NCBI RefSeq assembly: GCF_049075655.1
Contig: NZ_CP157522.1
Span: 512,001 to 576,000 of the forward strand
Direction of reading: 5' to 3'
Length of the DNA stretch: 64,000 bases
Source of the DNA: Methanothermococcus sp. Ax23
Lineage (GTDB): Archaea > AGJL01 > Methanococci > Methanococcales > Methanococcaceae
Part shown: piece by piece, positions 21,184-31,815 of the stretch
How positions within the stretch are numbered: the first letter of the stretch is position 1
Layout: each line of letters begins with the position of its first letter
Program-made: the position numbers and the translations under genes
The notes under the pieces: model-generated
The model's input: the letters and a program-made list of their open reading frames with translations, nothing else
Told to the model about the DNA's origin: nothing
Databases searched by the model: none

Positions 21184-22332
21184 ATGAAAAAGTTGGATTA
21201 TGAAAAACTTTTAATGATTCCAGGACCTACAATGGTTCCAAATACAGTTTTGACATCAATGGCAAATCCAATAATAGGACACAGAACAAAAGATTATGGG
21301 GAATTGTTGGAAGATACAATAGAAAAAATGAAAAAAGTTTTCATGACAGAAAACGATGTCTATTTAATCACAGGTTCAGGAACATCAGCAATGGATATGG
21401 CTATCTCAAATACCGTTGATAAAGGGGACAAGGTATTAACAATAACAAACGGAAACTTTGGAGAGAGATTCTGCAAAATAGCTGATGTATATGGAGCAGA
21501 AGTAATTAAATTGGAAAATGAATGGGGCGACAATGCAAAACCTGAGCAAGTAAAGGAGATTTTGGAGGAAAACCCAGACATTAAAGTTGTTACTGTCGTC
21601 CATAACGAAACTTCAACAGGTGTCAAAAACCCTATTGAAGAAATAGGTAATATTGTAAAGGATTACGATGCATTGTATGTTGTAGATACAGTTTCATCAC
21701 TTGGTGGGGATTATGTGGATGTAGATAAATTCAACATTGACATTTGTGTCACAGGCTCACAGAAATGTATCGCAGCTCCGCCGGGAATGGCAGCAATATC
21801 AGTAAGTGAAAAGGCATGGGATGTAATCAACGCAACAGAAACAAAATCATTCTACTTGGATATAAAAGCATACAAAAAGAGATACGAAACCAAAAAAGAA
21901 ACACCATATACTCCATCAGTTTCATTAACCTACGCTATGAATGAGGCTCTCGAAATAGTGCTTGATGAAGGTCTTGAAAACAGATTTAAAAGACATGAGA
22001 AACTTGCAAAAGCCACAATAGCAGGATTGGAAGCTATGGGCATTGAGTTATTTGCAAAAGAGTGGGCAAGGTCAGTGACTGTAACCTCTGCAAAGTATCC
22101 TGAGGGAATAACAGATTCAGAATTTAGAGGATTATTAGCTAACAAATACGGCATACTCGTAGCAGGTGGTCAGGGACAGGCTAGCGGAAAAATATTCAGA
22201 GTAGGACACATGGGAGAAGCAAGAGAATATCATGTTTTAGGAACATTGGCTGCTATTGAAATGGCATTTAATGAATTGGGCCTTGATGTAGATGGAGGAG
22301 TAGATGCGGCAAAGAAAATATTGAGAATGTAA
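21184..22332 (+). CDS. class V PLP aminotransferase (phosphoserine/serine-pyruvate type)
   Basis: LMIPGPT, HNETSTG, VDTVSS, GSQKC, RVGHMG. Confidence 0.9.
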   Translation: MKKLDYEKLLMIPGPTMVPNTVLTSMANPIIGHRTKDYGELLEDTIEKMKKVFMTENDVYLITGSGTSAMDMAISNTVDKGDKVLTITNGNFGERFCKIADVYGAEVIKLENEWGDNAKPEQVKEILEENPDIKVVTVVHNETSTGVKNPIEEIGNIVKDYDALYVVDTVSSLGGDYVDVDKFNIDICVTGSQKCIAAPPGMAAISVSEKAWDVINATETKSFYLDIKAYKKRYETKKETPYTPSVSLTYAMNEALEIVLDEGLENRFKRHEKLAKATIAGLEAMGIELFAKEWARSVTVTSAKYPEGITDSEFRGLLANKYGILVAGGQGQASGKIFRVGHMGEAREYHVLGTLAAIEMAFNELGLDVDGGVDAAKKILRM

Positions 22333-22394
22333 AAAATTATTTTTATTTTATAATTTTACTTTTTTATTATTTTTTTATTTTTTAAGGTGAAAGC

Positions 22395-23306
22395 TTGAAA
22401 ATAGTTATTGGGACAAGAGGAAGCAAATTAGCACTTGCTCAAACATATTATATAAAGAATCTTTTGGAAAATTTAAATGAAAATCTCGATATCGAGATAA
22501 AAATTATCAAAACTACCGGGGATAAAGACCAAAAAACAAAATTGTCTGAGCTCGGATTGGGAGTTTTTACAAAAGAACTGGACATTAAAATGCTTGAAAA
22601 TGAAATAGATATCGCCGTCCATAGCTTAAAGGATGTCCCAACAGTGTGGAATGAAAATTTAACAATATCTGCAACTCCTAAAAGGGAAAGCTACCATGAT
22701 TTAATAATATGGAATAAAAACAACGATATAGATATTGAAAAAGATGAATTAATAGTGGGAACTTCCAGTATTAGAAGAAAAGCTTTTTTATCTATAAAAT
22801 ATCCTAATTTAAAGACAAAGCTATTGAGGGGAAATATCGACACACGATTAAGAAAATTAAAAGAAAATAATTATGATGCCATTATCTTGGCAGAAGCTGG
22901 ATTAAATCGGCTAAAAATGGATTTATCTGAGTTTAATTATAAAAGATTGGATATACTACCGGCTCCTGCCCAGGGGATTATAGGGGTTGCTTCAAGAAAG
23001 GACGACAGGGAAATCATAGAAATCCTTCAAAAAATAAATGACAAAAAAACATATTTAGAATCTATTGCAGAGAGATGGGCATTGAGGGAATATGGTGGTG
23101 GATGTCAGGCACCTTTCGGAGCTCTGGCTATATATGATATTAAAAATAATGAATTGTATTTAAAATGTGATGCTGTTCATGAATTAGATGGGAAAAACAT
23201 TATTGTATCAAAAGAGGGCAAAATTCAATGTGGGATTAAAGACATAAACCTCGCCAAAGATATGGGTATTAAGCTTGGAAATGAAATAAAACATACGATA
23301 ATGTAA
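22395..23306 (+). CDS. hemC: porphobilinogen deaminase
   Basis: GTRGSKLALAQ, AVHSLKD, GTSSIRR, GGGCQAP. Confidence 0.97.
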   Translation: MKIVIGTRGSKLALAQTYYIKNLLENLNENLDIEIKIIKTTGDKDQKTKLSELGLGVFTKELDIKMLENEIDIAVHSLKDVPTVWNENLTISATPKRESYHDLIIWNKNNDIDIEKDELIVGTSSIRRKAFLSIKYPNLKTKLLRGNIDTRLRKLKENNYDAIILAEAGLNRLKMDLSEFNYKRLDILPAPAQGIIGVASRKDDREIIEILQKINDKKTYLESIAERWALREYGGGCQAPFGALAIYDIKNNELYLKCDAVHELDGKNIIVSKEGKIQCGIKDINLAKDMGIKLGNEIKHTIM

Positions 23307-23374
23307 AATCCATTGTTTATCGATAACTTTATATATTATCATATTATATTTAAGTTATCATAAGGAGGGATATA

Positions 23375-23644
23375 ATGAATAACACCGTATATGTGGGAAA
23401 TAAAGGTGTAATGAACTATGTTCTTGCAGTAATTACCCAGTTTAACACAGAAAACGCAGAAAAAGTCAGAATTAAGGCGAGAGGCAGAGCCATTAGCAGA
23501 GCAGTAGATGTGGAAGAAATGGTAAAAAATAGATTTTTGCCAGACATTAAAGTGGAAGAAATAAAGCTCGGCACAGACCAAGTGCAAAATGAAGATGGTA
23601 AGACTGTCAATATATCCACAATTGAAATAGTATTATCCAAATAA
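23375..23644 (+). CDS. albA: chromatin protein Alba
   Basis: [21 protein letters not shown]. Confidence 0.95.
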   Translation: MNNTVYVGNKGVMNYVLAVITQFNTENAEKVRIKARGRAISRAVDVEEMVKNRFLPDIKVEEIKLGTDQVQNEDGKTVNISTIEIVLSK

Positions 23645-23792
23645 TTCCTATTTTTTAGTTTTATTTAATTTAATTTTGATTTATTTTTCCTTATAGTATT
23701 ACTTTTTTTAAATATATATTATTTATTAATAACGTTTAAATAATATTAAACCATATATCATATCAGAAGTAAATACGCATCTTGGTGATATT

Positions 23793-23972
23793 ATGGGAAT
23801 AAGTGAAAAGGAAAGAAAAATAAAAAAACTACTTCATAGTTTAAAACATACCGAAGAACATTTTGAAGAGCTCATAACTTCGATTGAAAGCTGTGGTTTA
23901 AATCCAGAGGCATACAAAGAATTATATGAAAAATTAAAAAATGAAAATGAAAAGCTAAAAGAAAAATTATAG
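23793..23972 (+). CDS. small coiled-coil hypothetical protein (59 aa, not in ORF track)
   Basis: GGTGA RBS then ATG; MGISEKERKIKKLLHSLKHTEEHFEEL...KLKEKL. Confidence 0.7.
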   Translation: MGISEKERKIKKLLHSLKHTEEHFEELITSIESCGLNPEAYKELYEKLKNENEKLKEKL

Positions 23973-24053
23973 GTTCCAAAACGAGCGATAGCGAGTTTTG
24001 GATTTTGGATGCACACTTTTTTAAAGGGTGCATGAAAAGCTAAAAGAAAAATT
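23947..24053. repeat. 63-bp hairpin module between 22-bp direct repeats
   Basis: ATGAAAAGCTAAAAGAAAAATT at 23947-23968 and 24032-24053. Confidence 0.85.
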
Positions 24054-24122
24054 GGAAAATTAAAATAAAATTAAAGTTAAAAATAAAATAAATATTTTTA
24101 TTATTTTAGCATTGATTATTAT

Positions 24123-25208
24123 TTATGACAATATTTTATCCACCATATCAAGTTCCAATGCCAGTTTTATCTCTTTTGCTATTCTCTGACCCATACTCAG
24201 TGGCTCTCCGTTGTAAAGGAATGAATATGCACTTCCATTCATAAAGGTGTTTGTTCCGCCATCTATTCTTGCACTCATTTCAAATACCACGAGCTCTAAG
24301 TTTTCATTGCACAATGACTGCAAACAGAATGGACCGAGCATTCCTGGTGGCACGATTTCTTCTGCCTTAGCTGCTAATTTATCTCCCATTTCAAATACCT
24401 GTGGAAGGAGACTTTCCCTTATTACCACTGGGAAGTTTCCGCTTATAACATACGATGGGTCTATGTTGAGCTCCATCTGGTCTTTTGCAGGAACCCTAAC
24501 AATTCCATCAATATTACTTTCATATCTCCTATCTATCCCCATTAATTCCACTTGGTCTTTCAATGGAGAATAGAAGTAGTGAATACAGTAGTTTGTCCCT
24601 ACAACATATTCTTCAATATGTGCATTTCCAACATCTTCATCCGTTAATATGCCCTTTGCCTTGAAATCTTCTATCTTTCTCCAAAACTCCTCTGTTGTAG
24701 AGCATGGGAAATAGCCCCTTCCTCCCCTTGCACCAGGAAATTTAACCATTACAGGTCCGTCTATCTCATCAGGGCTGTTGTATTTTTTAGGAATTCTTAA
24801 ACCACTTTCTTTTAAAAGCTTTCCTTCCAAATCCCTTTCTGCTTCCCATCTTAATATTTTCCTGTTTCCAAACATTGGAACTCTAAAATCATTCTCAACT
24901 TTATCCAGTCCGCAGTATGCAATAAATGAACCGTGCGGAACAATTATGGCATTCATTTCCCTTAATTTCTCTTGGATTTCTTCATTTGATATGTCTGAAA
25001 ATTTATCAACATAAATGAACTTATCTGCAACATTAAATCTTTTATATGGAACATCCCTATCTTTTGTTGTAATTACTGCTGTTGAAAAACCTTCTAATTT
25101 TGCTCCTTTTAATATGTGGAGTGATGTATGGCTACCAACAGTGGCTATGGTTATTTCATCCCTGTTGTATTCTTCAAATATGCTTAAAATTTCTTCCTTT
25201 GAAATCAT
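24123..25208 (-). CDS. purP: FAICAR synthetase (formate-dependent)
   Basis: ATVGSHTSL, PHGSF, GARGGRGY, FEMSARIDGGTN. Confidence 0.95.
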   Translation of the reverse strand: MISKEEILSIFEEYNRDEITIATVGSHTSLHILKGAKLEGFSTAVITTKDRDVPYKRFNVADKFIYVDKFSDISNEEIQEKLREMNAIIVPHGSFIAYCGLDKVENDFRVPMFGNRKILRWEAERDLEGKLLKESGLRIPKKYNSPDEIDGPVMVKFPGARGGRGYFPCSTTEEFWRKIEDFKAKGILTDEDVGNAHIEEYVVGTNYCIHYFYSPLKDQVELMGIDRRYESNIDGIVRVPAKDQMELNIDPSYVISGNFPVVIRESLLPQVFEMGDKLAAKAEEIVPPGMLGPFCLQSLCNENLELVVFEMSARIDGGTNTFMNGSAYSFLYNGEPLSMGQRIAKEIKLALELDMVDKILS

Positions 25209-25346
25209 TCTTTCACCAGAGATTTATATGTGCAATGCACAGTAGAAAAATAGATGAGTATAAATTTGTGAAAGGTCATTTATATATTTTATCATTATTA
25301 TTCATTACATAAAATTTAAAAACAAAAAAGTAAGGTATAAAAATAA

Positions 25347-25919
25347 TTATTTTTCAATGCTAACGACTTTTATCGTGAATATTAATGTTTTTCCAGCCAT
25401 TGGCGGATTAAAATCCAAAACCACATTTGTGTCATTTACCTTTATGATTTTAGCAGGAGTTCCCCTAACATATATGTATTTACCAACTATTGGAGTCATA
25501 TTTGCATTTTTAAATGCCTCTATTGGCACAGATATTATTAATTTATCGCTTTTAACACCATATGCCTCCTCTGGTGGAATAGTAACTGTTTTATTTTCTC
25601 CCACATGCATTCCAATTACTGCATTTTCAAAACCCTTAATTAATTGCCCCTTTCCAACGGTAAAATTCAACGGTTTATATTCTCTATTGGGATTGTATAT
25701 TCCGTTTTCTATTGCAACGCTTTTAATTGATGTATCAAAAACAGTTCCATTTTCAAATTTTCCAATATAATCCACACAAACGGTTGTTCCGTTTTTAACT
25801 ACCATATTAGATGCATTGGTAGAGCTCACACATCCAGACAGTGCAGTTGATAGAATTATTAAACTACCAAAAATAATGGATAATTTTGTAAAATTGGATA
25901 ATTTTAACAATTTTTTCAT
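25347..25919 (-). CDS. exported FKBP-type PPIase (lipoprotein-like signal)
   Basis: Hydrophobic signal ending LSGC; VDYIGK..VFDTS, IPPEEAYG, DFN..AGK. Confidence 0.9.
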   Translation of the reverse strand: MKKLLKLSNFTKLSIIFGSLIILSTALSGCVSSTNASNMVVKNGTTVCVDYIGKFENGTVFDTSIKSVAIENGIYNPNREYKPLNFTVGKGQLIKGFENAVIGMHVGENKTVTIPPEEAYGVKSDKLIISVPIEAFKNANMTPIVGKYIYVRGTPAKIIKVNDTNVVLDFNPPMAGKTLIFTIKVVSIEK

Positions 25920-26029
25920 TGTTTCACCAAAATAAAATCCAGATATAAAAAATAATTAATAATGATTAATAAAATAATAGATTTATATAATAGTTATTGT
26001 TCAAAAATTAAAATAATATAAAATTAAAA

Positions 26030-26494
26030 TTATTCTTTAACATCTACAAGTTTTATTGTAAATATTAAATCCTTTCCTGCTAATTGGTGGTTGAAGTCCA
26101 AAACTACTTCGTTATCTTTAACTTCAATAATTGTAGCTGGAACGCCGCCTGCAAGAATTATCATGCCTTCTTCTGGTTCAAAGTCTGCTCCTTCGAATGC
26201 TTCTTTTGGAATTGTCTGAATTAATTTTTCATCTCTCTGTCCATAAGCTTTTTCTGCTGGGATATTTACTGTTTTTTCGTCCCCCACATTCATATCAAGA
26301 ATTGCTTCTTCAAATCCTTCAATAAGTTGTCCTTCTCCAACGGTAAATTCCAAAGGTTCATATGGTCTCTCAGGCGTGTAAATGCCTTCTTCCTTAGCAA
26401 CACTTTCAATTGATGTATCGAAAACTTCTCCACTTTCTAATTTACCTATGTAATCAACCTTTACTTTATCGCCTTTTTTTACCAAAAAAATCAC
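26030..26494 (-). CDS. short archaeal FKBP-type PPIase
   Basis: [29 protein letters not shown]; start may be TTG at 26485. Confidence 0.93.
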   Translation of the reverse strand: MIFLVKKGDKVKVDYIGKLESGEVFDTSIESVAKEEGIYTPERPYEPLEFTVGEGQLIEGFEEAILDMNVGDEKTVNIPAEKAYGQRDEKLIQTIPKEAFEGADFEPEEGMIILAGGVPATIIEVKDNEVVLDFNHQLAGKDLIFTIKLVDVKE

Positions 26495-26649
26495 ATCCTA
26501 TGTTTTAATTTTAATAAAATTAATTAAATATAACATGCTATATATATTTTTTGTTCTTGTTTATGGTATATTTGTTTATGGTAACTAATTATAATGATTA
26601 TATGATTTGATTAAAATGATATAAATTATAAAACGATATTGGTGTTTAA

Positions 26650-27102
26650 ATGTCTAAGAAAGTAGTTGTTGGCGGAACTTTTGATATACTTCATGAAGGT
26701 CATAAAAAACTTCTAAAATATGCCTCACAATTTGGGGAGCTCCACATAGGTGTAACATCCGATGAATTTGCAAAAACATACAAAACCCATAACATAAATC
26801 CATTAAATATTAGATTGAAAAACTTAAAAAAATATCTTGACGACCATAAAATTAATTACGAGATATTGGTTATAGACGATGCTTATGGGGATACCTTAAA
26901 AAAAGATTATGATATAATTGTAGTTACTCCTGAAACAGAAAAAAATGCTAAACGAATAAATGAAATAAGGGTAAAAAACAATCTAAAACCCCTTGAAATA
27001 ATGGTTTATGATTACGTATTAAGTGAAGATAAAAAACCAATATCTACAACAAGAATAAGAAATAAAGAAATAGATGAAAAAGGAAGATTGTTAAAAAAAT
27101 AA
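26650..27102 (+). CDS. coaD: phosphopantetheine adenylyltransferase
   Basis: [24 protein letters not shown]. Confidence 0.9.
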   Translation: MSKKVVVGGTFDILHEGHKKLLKYASQFGELHIGVTSDEFAKTYKTHNINPLNIRLKNLKKYLDDHKINYEILVIDDAYGDTLKKDYDIIVVTPETEKNAKRINEIRVKNNLKPLEIMVYDYVLSEDKKPISTTRIRNKEIDEKGRLLKK

Positions 27103-27193
27103 TTAAAATTCGAGATTATGGCTCCCATGTTTCGTATAACTCCATGTTTCGCTATGAAAGAAAAACATAAAATTAAAAAATTGGTGTAATACT

Positions 27194-28108
27194 ATGGATA
27201 TAATGATTATAATAGTTCTTTTAATATTAACAGGTTATCTATCAAAATACTTTAATATTCTAAGAGAGAGCGATAGAACTATACTCAACAACATTGTAGT
27301 ATATATTGCAATGCCTTCAACAATATTTTTAACAATTATGAAAAATGTTTCACCTGTGGATTTGCCTCAATTTTTAAAACTGCCTTTTTTGATATTTTTA
27401 ACATTTGTCATTTGTGGATTTATAGGATACCTCATTGGAAGATTCTTAAAACTAAATAGAGAATCATTGGGGGGATTAATATTAGTTTGTGCATTGGGAA
27501 ACACTGGATTTTTAGGCTATCCTGTAATATATGGATTTTATGGAACAGAAGGACTTACAAGAGCAATATTTTGCGACATGGGGAGTGTTTTTGCGAGTTT
27601 ATTAATTGGAACATACATCGGTATAAAATTTGGAAAAAATAAAAATAGCGATAAGTCTGTAATAAAGGAGCTCCTAAAATTCCCACCATTGATGACTGGT
27701 GTTATAAGTATAACCCTTGTATTTTTTGGATTATCTATTGGTAGTTTTCCAGAGTTTTTTATTAAAACGCTGAATTACTTGTCAAATGCCACAATACCTT
27801 TAATTATGTTATCTCTTGGATTGTCGTTATCCCCGAGCTCTGCAAAATTCGGTGCTATTTATGGAGTCATAGCATCCATAGTTAGAATGGGGATTGCTCC
27901 TTTAATCGTGTTTGTCCTTTCATCCATATTTTTAATAGATGGACTGGATAAAAATGTATTAATACTTGAATCTGCAATGCCCTCTGCAATGATGTCCTTA
28001 GTATTCTCTGTGCTTTATGGATTAGATGTAAAACTCGTAGCTTCGGCATGTTTCATAACCACGGTGGTTTCTTTGATGGTGTTGCCAATATTGCAGGGTA
28101 TATTGTAA
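27194..28108 (+). CDS. AEC-family (auxin efflux/malate) transporter
   Basis: GNTGFLGYP, ESAMPSA, about 10 TM segments. Confidence 0.85.
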   Translation: MDIMIIIVLLILTGYLSKYFNILRESDRTILNNIVVYIAMPSTIFLTIMKNVSPVDLPQFLKLPFLIFLTFVICGFIGYLIGRFLKLNRESLGGLILVCALGNTGFLGYPVIYGFYGTEGLTRAIFCDMGSVFASLLIGTYIGIKFGKNKNSDKSVIKELLKFPPLMTGVISITLVFFGLSIGSFPEFFIKTLNYLSNATIPLIMLSLGLSLSPSSAKFGAIYGVIASIVRMGIAPLIVFVLSSIFLIDGLDKNVLILESAMPSAMMSLVFSVLYGLDVKLVASACFITTVVSLMVLPILQGIL

Positions 28109-28173
28109 AATAGATTGATAGGGATGAATAGGTTAAGACATATGCCAATAATAAATATATTAAACCATACCGT

Positions 28174-28581
28174 TTATGACCAATTTATATAAACATAGTC
28201 ATCATACTTTACCAGTGAAACGTTTATTATACCTAAATTTGTCTTATATGTATTATTATTAGTAATTAAATTTATATCGCATGTTGTAGTTATGTTATAT
28301 CCATTTCCTTTTAATGTTATATTTCTCCCATTAATTTCCCATTCCGCAGGTGGGGATTTTATATATACCACCTTTTTAGAACCTTTATCCGCAACGGAAA
28401 GCATATCTATATTGGTTTTTAATTTAGATAATGCAGCATGACCTAAACTTGCAGATGATACCTCCACTGTTTTTTTATAACCATACATGCCAGGAGTCAT
28501 TGTGGATACTATCACAACGACCAGCAGTGCCAAAAATAGTATGGAAAATTCCAAAGAAATTTGTCCCCTCATACCAAACAC
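28174..28581 (-). CDS. class III signal peptide (pilin-like) protein
   Basis: RG|QISLEF followed by a hydrophobic helix. Confidence 0.85.
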   Translation of the reverse strand: MFGMRGQISLEFSILFLALLVVVIVSTMTPGMYGYKKTVEVSSASLGHAALSKLKTNIDMLSVADKGSKKVVYIKSPPAEWEINGRNITLKGNGYNITTTCDINLITNNNTYKTNLGIINVSLVKYDDYVYINWS

Positions 28582-29406
28582 CTAATTATACTTTTTATCC
28601 CAATACATAACATACGCAAAATCTATTGGTTGTTTATCGGATGTTGTAAATGCCATTGCAGGCACATCAAACAATTTTAAATTAACACCACTGCCAAAAC
28701 TATCATCCATATTTGGAACTAACGCATCATCGATATTATATAACTCAGGATTTTGCTTGTAGGCTGTTTTTTTATGCTTATTGATGTATTCATTATAGGA
28801 GCTCACCCAAATATCTACATCATATTTTCCAAAAATTTTGTTAAATTGATAGTAGTTATCCAAAACAAGTGGTGCTGGAACAATTATACTTATAACTTCG
28901 GAATTATCCGATTTTATTATTGAACCTCTGACATAGAGTTTAAAATTATCAAGCATGATTCCTTTTTGATATATGGGAAATACCTGTTTTAAATTTAAAA
29001 TCTTCGTAGTATCTACCAATGCTGGACCTGCAATATCGTAATTTACCTGAGACTCATCAATATTTAACGTATAATTTAAGATACCCTCTCTACTTATTTT
29101 TACCGTGGTATATGGTGGAATCCAAAATCCCCTTTTTCCATTTAATATAGTATTGTAAAAAACCGTACCATCTGGGTTATCCACAATATTGCCTGACAAA
29201 CTTACTTTTAAAAAGTCGTTTGAGGATTTTAATGTTTTATCGGTGTAATCTATATTATCGGGCACAGCCACAAATACAGTATATGGATTGGCGTTGGTAA
29301 TTTCACCAGTTAATACCCAATACCCATCCATTGTAGCTATTGCTGTTTCTGCAAACCCGATTGGAATAAGGACAATAAGGAGAATTATGGGAATAATATA
29401 TTTCAT
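28582..29406 (-). CDS. secreted hypothetical protein, co-transcribed with the pilin-like gene
   Basis: N-terminal signal peptide; abuts both neighbours. Confidence 0.7.
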   Translation of the reverse strand: MKYIIPIILLIVLIPIGFAETAIATMDGYWVLTGEITNANPYTVFVAVPDNIDYTDKTLKSSNDFLKVSLSGNIVDNPDGTVFYNTILNGKRGFWIPPYTTVKISREGILNYTLNIDESQVNYDIAGPALVDTTKILNLKQVFPIYQKGIMLDNFKLYVRGSIIKSDNSEVISIIVPAPLVLDNYYQFNKIFGKYDVDIWVSSYNEYINKHKKTAYKQNPELYNIDDALVPNMDDSFGSGVNLKLFDVPAMAFTTSDKQPIDFAYVMYWDKKYN

Positions 29407-29410
29407 AACA

Positions 29411-30556
29411 TCACCCTGCCTTTACAATATAGGCATTGCTACTTTTTAATGAAATGATTTCCGGTACTGAATCTGATGGAATGGATAATATTAACAGATA
29501 TTGGACACTACCATCAAATATCTGCGTATCTGATTGTATTTTATTTAGTTTTTCCCCATATCTACCAAATTTTTCATTAATTTTGTTATAATCGAGTTTA
29601 TCAGCAGCAGTTGCATACAATACTCCTGGAAGATTGTTCAGAGAGTAAGATACTGATGAAGAACTTGAAGCTGATGTAGAATCTCCATTATCATTTAAAT
29701 TACTTGAAACGTCCTTTGTTTCTGAATAAGATATATCTTTAAGTATAACATATGAAGAATTAACAATTCCTACAATGGGCTCTTTGCTTGCATTGCTTTT
29801 ATCATATATTAGTATTTTATCCCCTTCATAAGGTATCTTACCACATTGCATTGCAGATACCACAATTGTAATTTTATTATCGAACGATACCGGGGTTATT
29901 GTAATACCTTTGAGCTCTGCCAAACTTAATCTTTTTACATATTCTGAGAGTTCTTCTTTTGTCATGAGTTTCTTTGTCTTCCCCATTTCAACACTAAAAT
30001 AATCTCCAATGGCCAGTTCATTAATAATTTCATTCAAATAATACTCCTTTGCATTTTCTTCAATATTGCTATTTTTAATAATCTCATCAACTTCATTTCG
30101 TGATTTAGCAGATTCTATCTGATTAACCAGTGATTTCGCATAGAAACTTCTATCGTAATATTTTCCATATGTATTTTTTATTAAATTAATCATCTCTTCC
30201 TTGTAGGATTTAAACGCCATATAATTCTTTGCATTATTCAGTACATTGTTCAATTCCTCATTGGTATTACTGTTTTGAATCTGGGAAATATACACGATTT
30301 TATTTGGGTCATTCGGATATCTGGAAAACATTTGATTTATACTATTTATTGCCATATTTTTGCTATTCTCAAAAGCTTTTGTTTTTTGAATCTGCTCGTT
30401 ATACTTGCTATTATAAACTGTATATAATACAAATGACATGCCTATCGCAATTAAGGCTATCAAAACATATTTCACATATTTAGACCTATCTCCAGATGTT
30501 CTTTTAGTTTTTGATTTCAATTTTTTTAATTTATTGCCAAAATCCTCATTAACCAT
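29411..30556 (-). CDS. DUF515-like membrane-anchored protein
   Basis: Basic N-terminus, single TM, coiled region; ATG at 30556 after GGAGAGG. Confidence 0.65.
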   Translation of the reverse strand: MVNEDFGNKLKKLKSKTKRTSGDRSKYVKYVLIALIAIGMSFVLYTVYNSKYNEQIQKTKAFENSKNMAINSINQMFSRYPNDPNKIVYISQIQNSNTNEELNNVLNNAKNYMAFKSYKEEMINLIKNTYGKYYDRSFYAKSLVNQIESAKSRNEVDEIIKNSNIEENAKEYYLNEIINELAIGDYFSVEMGKTKKLMTKEELSEYVKRLSLAELKGITITPVSFDNKITIVVSAMQCGKIPYEGDKILIYDKSNASKEPIVGIVNSSYVILKDISYSETKDVSSNLNDNGDSTSASSSSSVSYSLNNLPGVLYATAADKLDYNKINEKFGRYGEKLNKIQSDTQIFDGSVQYLLILSIPSDSVPEIISLKSSNAYIVKAG

Positions 30557-30737
30557 GTTATCTGCCTCTCCAAAACATTGCATTAAATGGCGTGAAACAA
30601 TACTAAAAACATGTAATAAAAACATATAATAAAAACATGTACTTTTAGAAGTATAATTTATAAATATATTAATTAGCATTTAAATAAATATTTGATTGTT
30701 ATTTAAAATGAATAATTATTGCAGTAATAAATATAAT

Positions 30738-31712
30738 CTAAAACCTTTGGAATTTCAAACTATGGAGGTAATCTGCCAAACTAATTAAATAATCCCTATT
30801 TTTAATACCTTTCACCCATCTTTCTGGCATATTATTAAATCCATAATATGTGCCAGCAATAGCACCATATATACATCCTAAGCTATCTGTATCCCCACCA
30901 GCATTTACTGCTTTAATCATTCCAGTTTTAAAATCATTTGTTAAATAGAATGTTAAAATAGCAGAAGGAACGCATTCAATAGCATCCATCCCAGTTCCAA
31001 ATAATTCATATCCTTCTTCTACTGTTTCCATTTGTTTTATAATTAATATCTTTTCTGCAAATTCTTCTGAAATATCCAATATAAAATCTGCAAGTTCTGA
31101 TATAAAATTTTTAGAGTGATTACATCGAACGATTTTGCAAGATTTAGATAATGGGTTATTTGTATTTAAATTTTTCAAACACCACGAAACCAGAAAACCT
31201 ACTGCCAGAGCTCCGGCTATTGCCTCGTTGTTGTTATGGGTTATTTTAGATGCCTCGATTATGACATTTTTTAATTCATGGGGATTATTATAATAAAAAA
31301 TTCCCAATGGCGATATTCTCATCGCAGCACCACAGGTTTTTGAATCTATGCCATTATAATTCCCATTTATTATATTCTCAATTGCCTTTTTACTTGTTGG
31401 CCCAATTCCAACAGGATTGTTCCTATACCATTTTATGAGCTCCTTTATAAATAAATTTTTATCAAAACCTTCTTTTGTTATTGACTTTATTAAACATATG
31501 GTTTGTTCTGTATCATCGGTATAATCTCCAGCATTTAATACATTTTTAAAATGGTTTTTAGGTGGCAAATAATCATCGATTACTCCATAGTTCGATATTA
31601 TTTCATTTTTTGTTAGCCCCTCAGATGGCATGCCAAGTGCATCACCTATTGCAGTTCCAAATATGCAACCTTGAATTTTATATTTATACTCCACATACTC
31701 ATAATTACCCAT
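30738..31712 (-). CDS. ADP-ribosylglycohydrolase (DraG family)
   Basis: GDALG, YTDDTE, GAAMR, GGDTDS. Confidence 0.92.
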   Translation of the reverse strand: MGNYEYVEYKYKIQGCIFGTAIGDALGMPSEGLTKNEIISNYGVIDDYLPPKNHFKNVLNAGDYTDDTEQTICLIKSITKEGFDKNLFIKELIKWYRNNPVGIGPTSKKAIENIINGNYNGIDSKTCGAAMRISPLGIFYYNNPHELKNVIIEASKITHNNNEAIAGALAVGFLVSWCLKNLNTNNPLSKSCKIVRCNHSKNFISELADFILDISEEFAEKILIIKQMETVEEGYELFGTGMDAIECVPSAILTFYLTNDFKTGMIKAVNAGGDTDSLGCIYGAIAGTYYGFNNMPERWVKGIKNRDYLISLADYLHSLKFQRF

Positions 31713-31815
31713 ATAAAAACACCGATATTATGTTAGTTTTATATTATATTAATATATAATTGTAATTCAAAATAATTATTTATTTATCTTATTTTAATTA
31801 ATTTTAATTATTATT

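Noticed and set aside
27126-27150. Short direct repeat CCATGTTTCG twice
   Set aside because: Only two 10-bp units and no other copies seen
31105-31160. Odd segment PLSKSCKIVRCNHSKN in the ADP-ribosylglycohydrolase, possibly a decayed in-frame repeat insert
   Set aside because: No intact palindrome; cannot be supported without an orthologue alignment
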